Assembly: GCA_034408725.1 (NCBI GenBank) | Contig: JAWXCN010000149.1 | Location: 1-26,185, forward strand | Source of the DNA: Candidatus Hydrogenedentota bacterium | GTDB lineage: Bacteria > Hydrogenedentota > Hydrogenedentia > Hydrogenedentales > SLHB01 | Direction: 5' to 3' | Length of the DNA stretch: 26,185 nucleotides | Part shown: positions 25,105-26,185 of the stretch, in pieces | Layout: each line of letters starts with the position of its first letter | Position numbering within the stretch: position 1 is the stretch's first letter | The notes under the pieces: model-generated | Databases searched by the model: none | What the model was told of the DNA's origin: nothing | The model's input: the letters and a program-made list of their open reading frames with translations, nothing else | Made by a program: the position numbers and the translations under genes

Positions 25105-26019
25105 ATGTCCCGCAAAGTGCGTATTACGGCGTTGACCGACATCAACCGCGAGAAAGGCCGCGATGTAAAGGCCAATCTTGATTGGACGTGCTGGATGATC
25201 GACAAGTTGTCCGTCGAGAAACCGGACATAGTCTGTCTCACGGAAACCTTCGATACGCGCGAAACGCCGCTCGATCATCCCCACATGGCGCAGACGCTCG
25301 AGGGCGAGACGGTTTCGCGCATGAAGGAAAAAGCGAAGGAATATAACTGTTACATCATCTGCGCATTTATCGAGCAGCGCGATAATGGGATCTACAACAC
25401 CGCGGCGGTCATCGATCGCGGCGGAAACGTTATCGGCAAGTATGACAAGATTCACCCTACAATCTCTGAGGTTGACGACCACGTCCTGCCCGGCGCCTGC
25501 GCGCCCTCTGTGATTCAAACCGATTTTGGCAAGATCGGTTGCATGATTTGTTTCGATGCGAACTGGCCCGGCGACTGGAAGGCCCTCAAGGACGCCGGCG
25601 CCGAGATCATATTCTTTCCTTCGGCGTTCTCCGGCGGGCGCATCTTGCAATCGCTCGCGACGATTTATAATGTTCCCATTGTGTGCGCGTGTTTTGAACA
25701 ATGCTGTCGCATCATTGATCGCGATGGGCTGATCATCAACCGGCAGGGTGTCTACCAAAAATGGGTCACTGGCGTGATCGACCTCGACAACCCACTGTTT
25801 CACCTTGATTTTCAATTCGAGAAAGTAGAAGCCATCCGCAAAGCCTACGGACCGGACGTTCATATCCAGGTCTACGAAGAAGAAGGATGGTGGCGCGTTC
25901 TTCCTCAGCGCTTGGAACTCGATATCCTCGACATCATCAAGAAATATGAATTGGAAACGCTCGATGCCTATATCGCGCGAAGCACTTCGGTTCAGGACAA
26001 GAATCGGTTGAACGCGTAG
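25105..26019 (+). CDS. carbon-nitrogen hydrolase (nitrilase superfamily)
   Basis: Catalytic triad E (CLTET), K (YDKIHP) and C (ICFDANW), plus YNTA and GAEIIFFPS. RBS GAGGAG. Confidence 0.9.
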   Translation: MSRKVRITALTDINREKGRDVKANLDWTCWMIDKLSVEKPDIVCLTETFDTRETPLDHPHMAQTLEGETVSRMKEKAKEYNCYIICAFIEQRDNGIYNTAAVIDRGGNVIGKYDKIHPTISEVDDHVLPGACAPSVIQTDFGKIGCMICFDANWPGDWKALKDAGAEIIFFPSAFSGGRILQSLATIYNVPIVCACFEQCCRIIDRDGLIINRQGVYQKWVTGVIDLDNPLFHLDFQFEKVEAIRKAYGPDVHIQVYEEEGWWRVLPQRLELDILDIIKKYELETLDAYIARSTSVQDKNRLNA

Positions 26020-26023
26020 ACCG

Positions 26024-26185
26024 TTAAGCCAACACTTCCTGCACAACCTTCCCGAACACATCCGTCAAGCGGAAGTCCCGCCCCTGGAAATTGTAGGTGA
26101 GGCGATCGTGGTTGATGCCGAGACAGTGGAGGATGGTGGCGTTCAGGTCGTGAATGTGGACGGGGTTTTCGACGATGTTGTAGCC
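26024..26185 (-). CDS. DUF1501 family protein, C-terminal fragment (5' end outside the window)
   Basis: Translated by hand: [53 protein letters not shown], the characteristic DUF1501 C-terminus. Confidence 0.85.
   Translation of the reverse strand, partial: GYNIVENPVHIHDLNATILHCLGINHDRLTYNFQGRDFRLTDVFGKVVQEVLA

Noticed and set aside
24868-26061. 397-aa minus-strand ORF
   Set aside because: Antisense shadow of the well-supported C-N hydrolase and dehydrogenase genes, with no recognisable motifs.
1-26185. CRISPR array, IS element, prophage or rRNA
   Set aside because: No regularly spaced repeats, transposase, terminal inverted repeats, phage genes or rRNA-like sequence were seen; nearly all of the window is explained by CDSs.

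Overview
GC-rich bacterial chromosomal window with about 25 CDSs (two cut by the window edges) and a tRNA-Gln(CTG)/tRNA-Glu(CTC) pair. The gene content (DUF1501, sulfatase-like proteins) hints at a PVC or Hydrogenedentes-like organism; this is inference only. The left 7.7 kb is a surface-glycan modification locus. It holds the rmlC 3' end and a PAPS-dependent sulfotransferase, which is divergent from an operon of four genes: a ~1017-aa fusion of a UPF0104/LPG-synthase-TM flippase-like domain, a 5-TM bundle and an alkaline-phosphatase/sulfatase-fold domain with Thr in place of the formylglycine motif; ugd; an Rmd-like reductase; and an SGNH protein. This is the best candidate for an undescribed system, possibly a trans-membrane relay that decorates glycans with sulfate or a phospho-group. 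The rest is mixed metabolism: a WS/DGAT operon, PilZ protein, metallophosphoesterase, TPR protein, class I aldolase, orphan methyltransferase, acyltransferase-3, Zn-ribbon membrane protein, cardiolipin synthase, PIG-L deacetylase, rhodanese, atypical DHDPS-family protein, MDR dehydrogenase, C-N hydrolase and DUF1501. Several sigma70-like promoters and two related REP-like hairpins are visible. No integrase, transposase, prophage or CRISPR array was seen. All calls come from reading motifs by eye; no database search was run.
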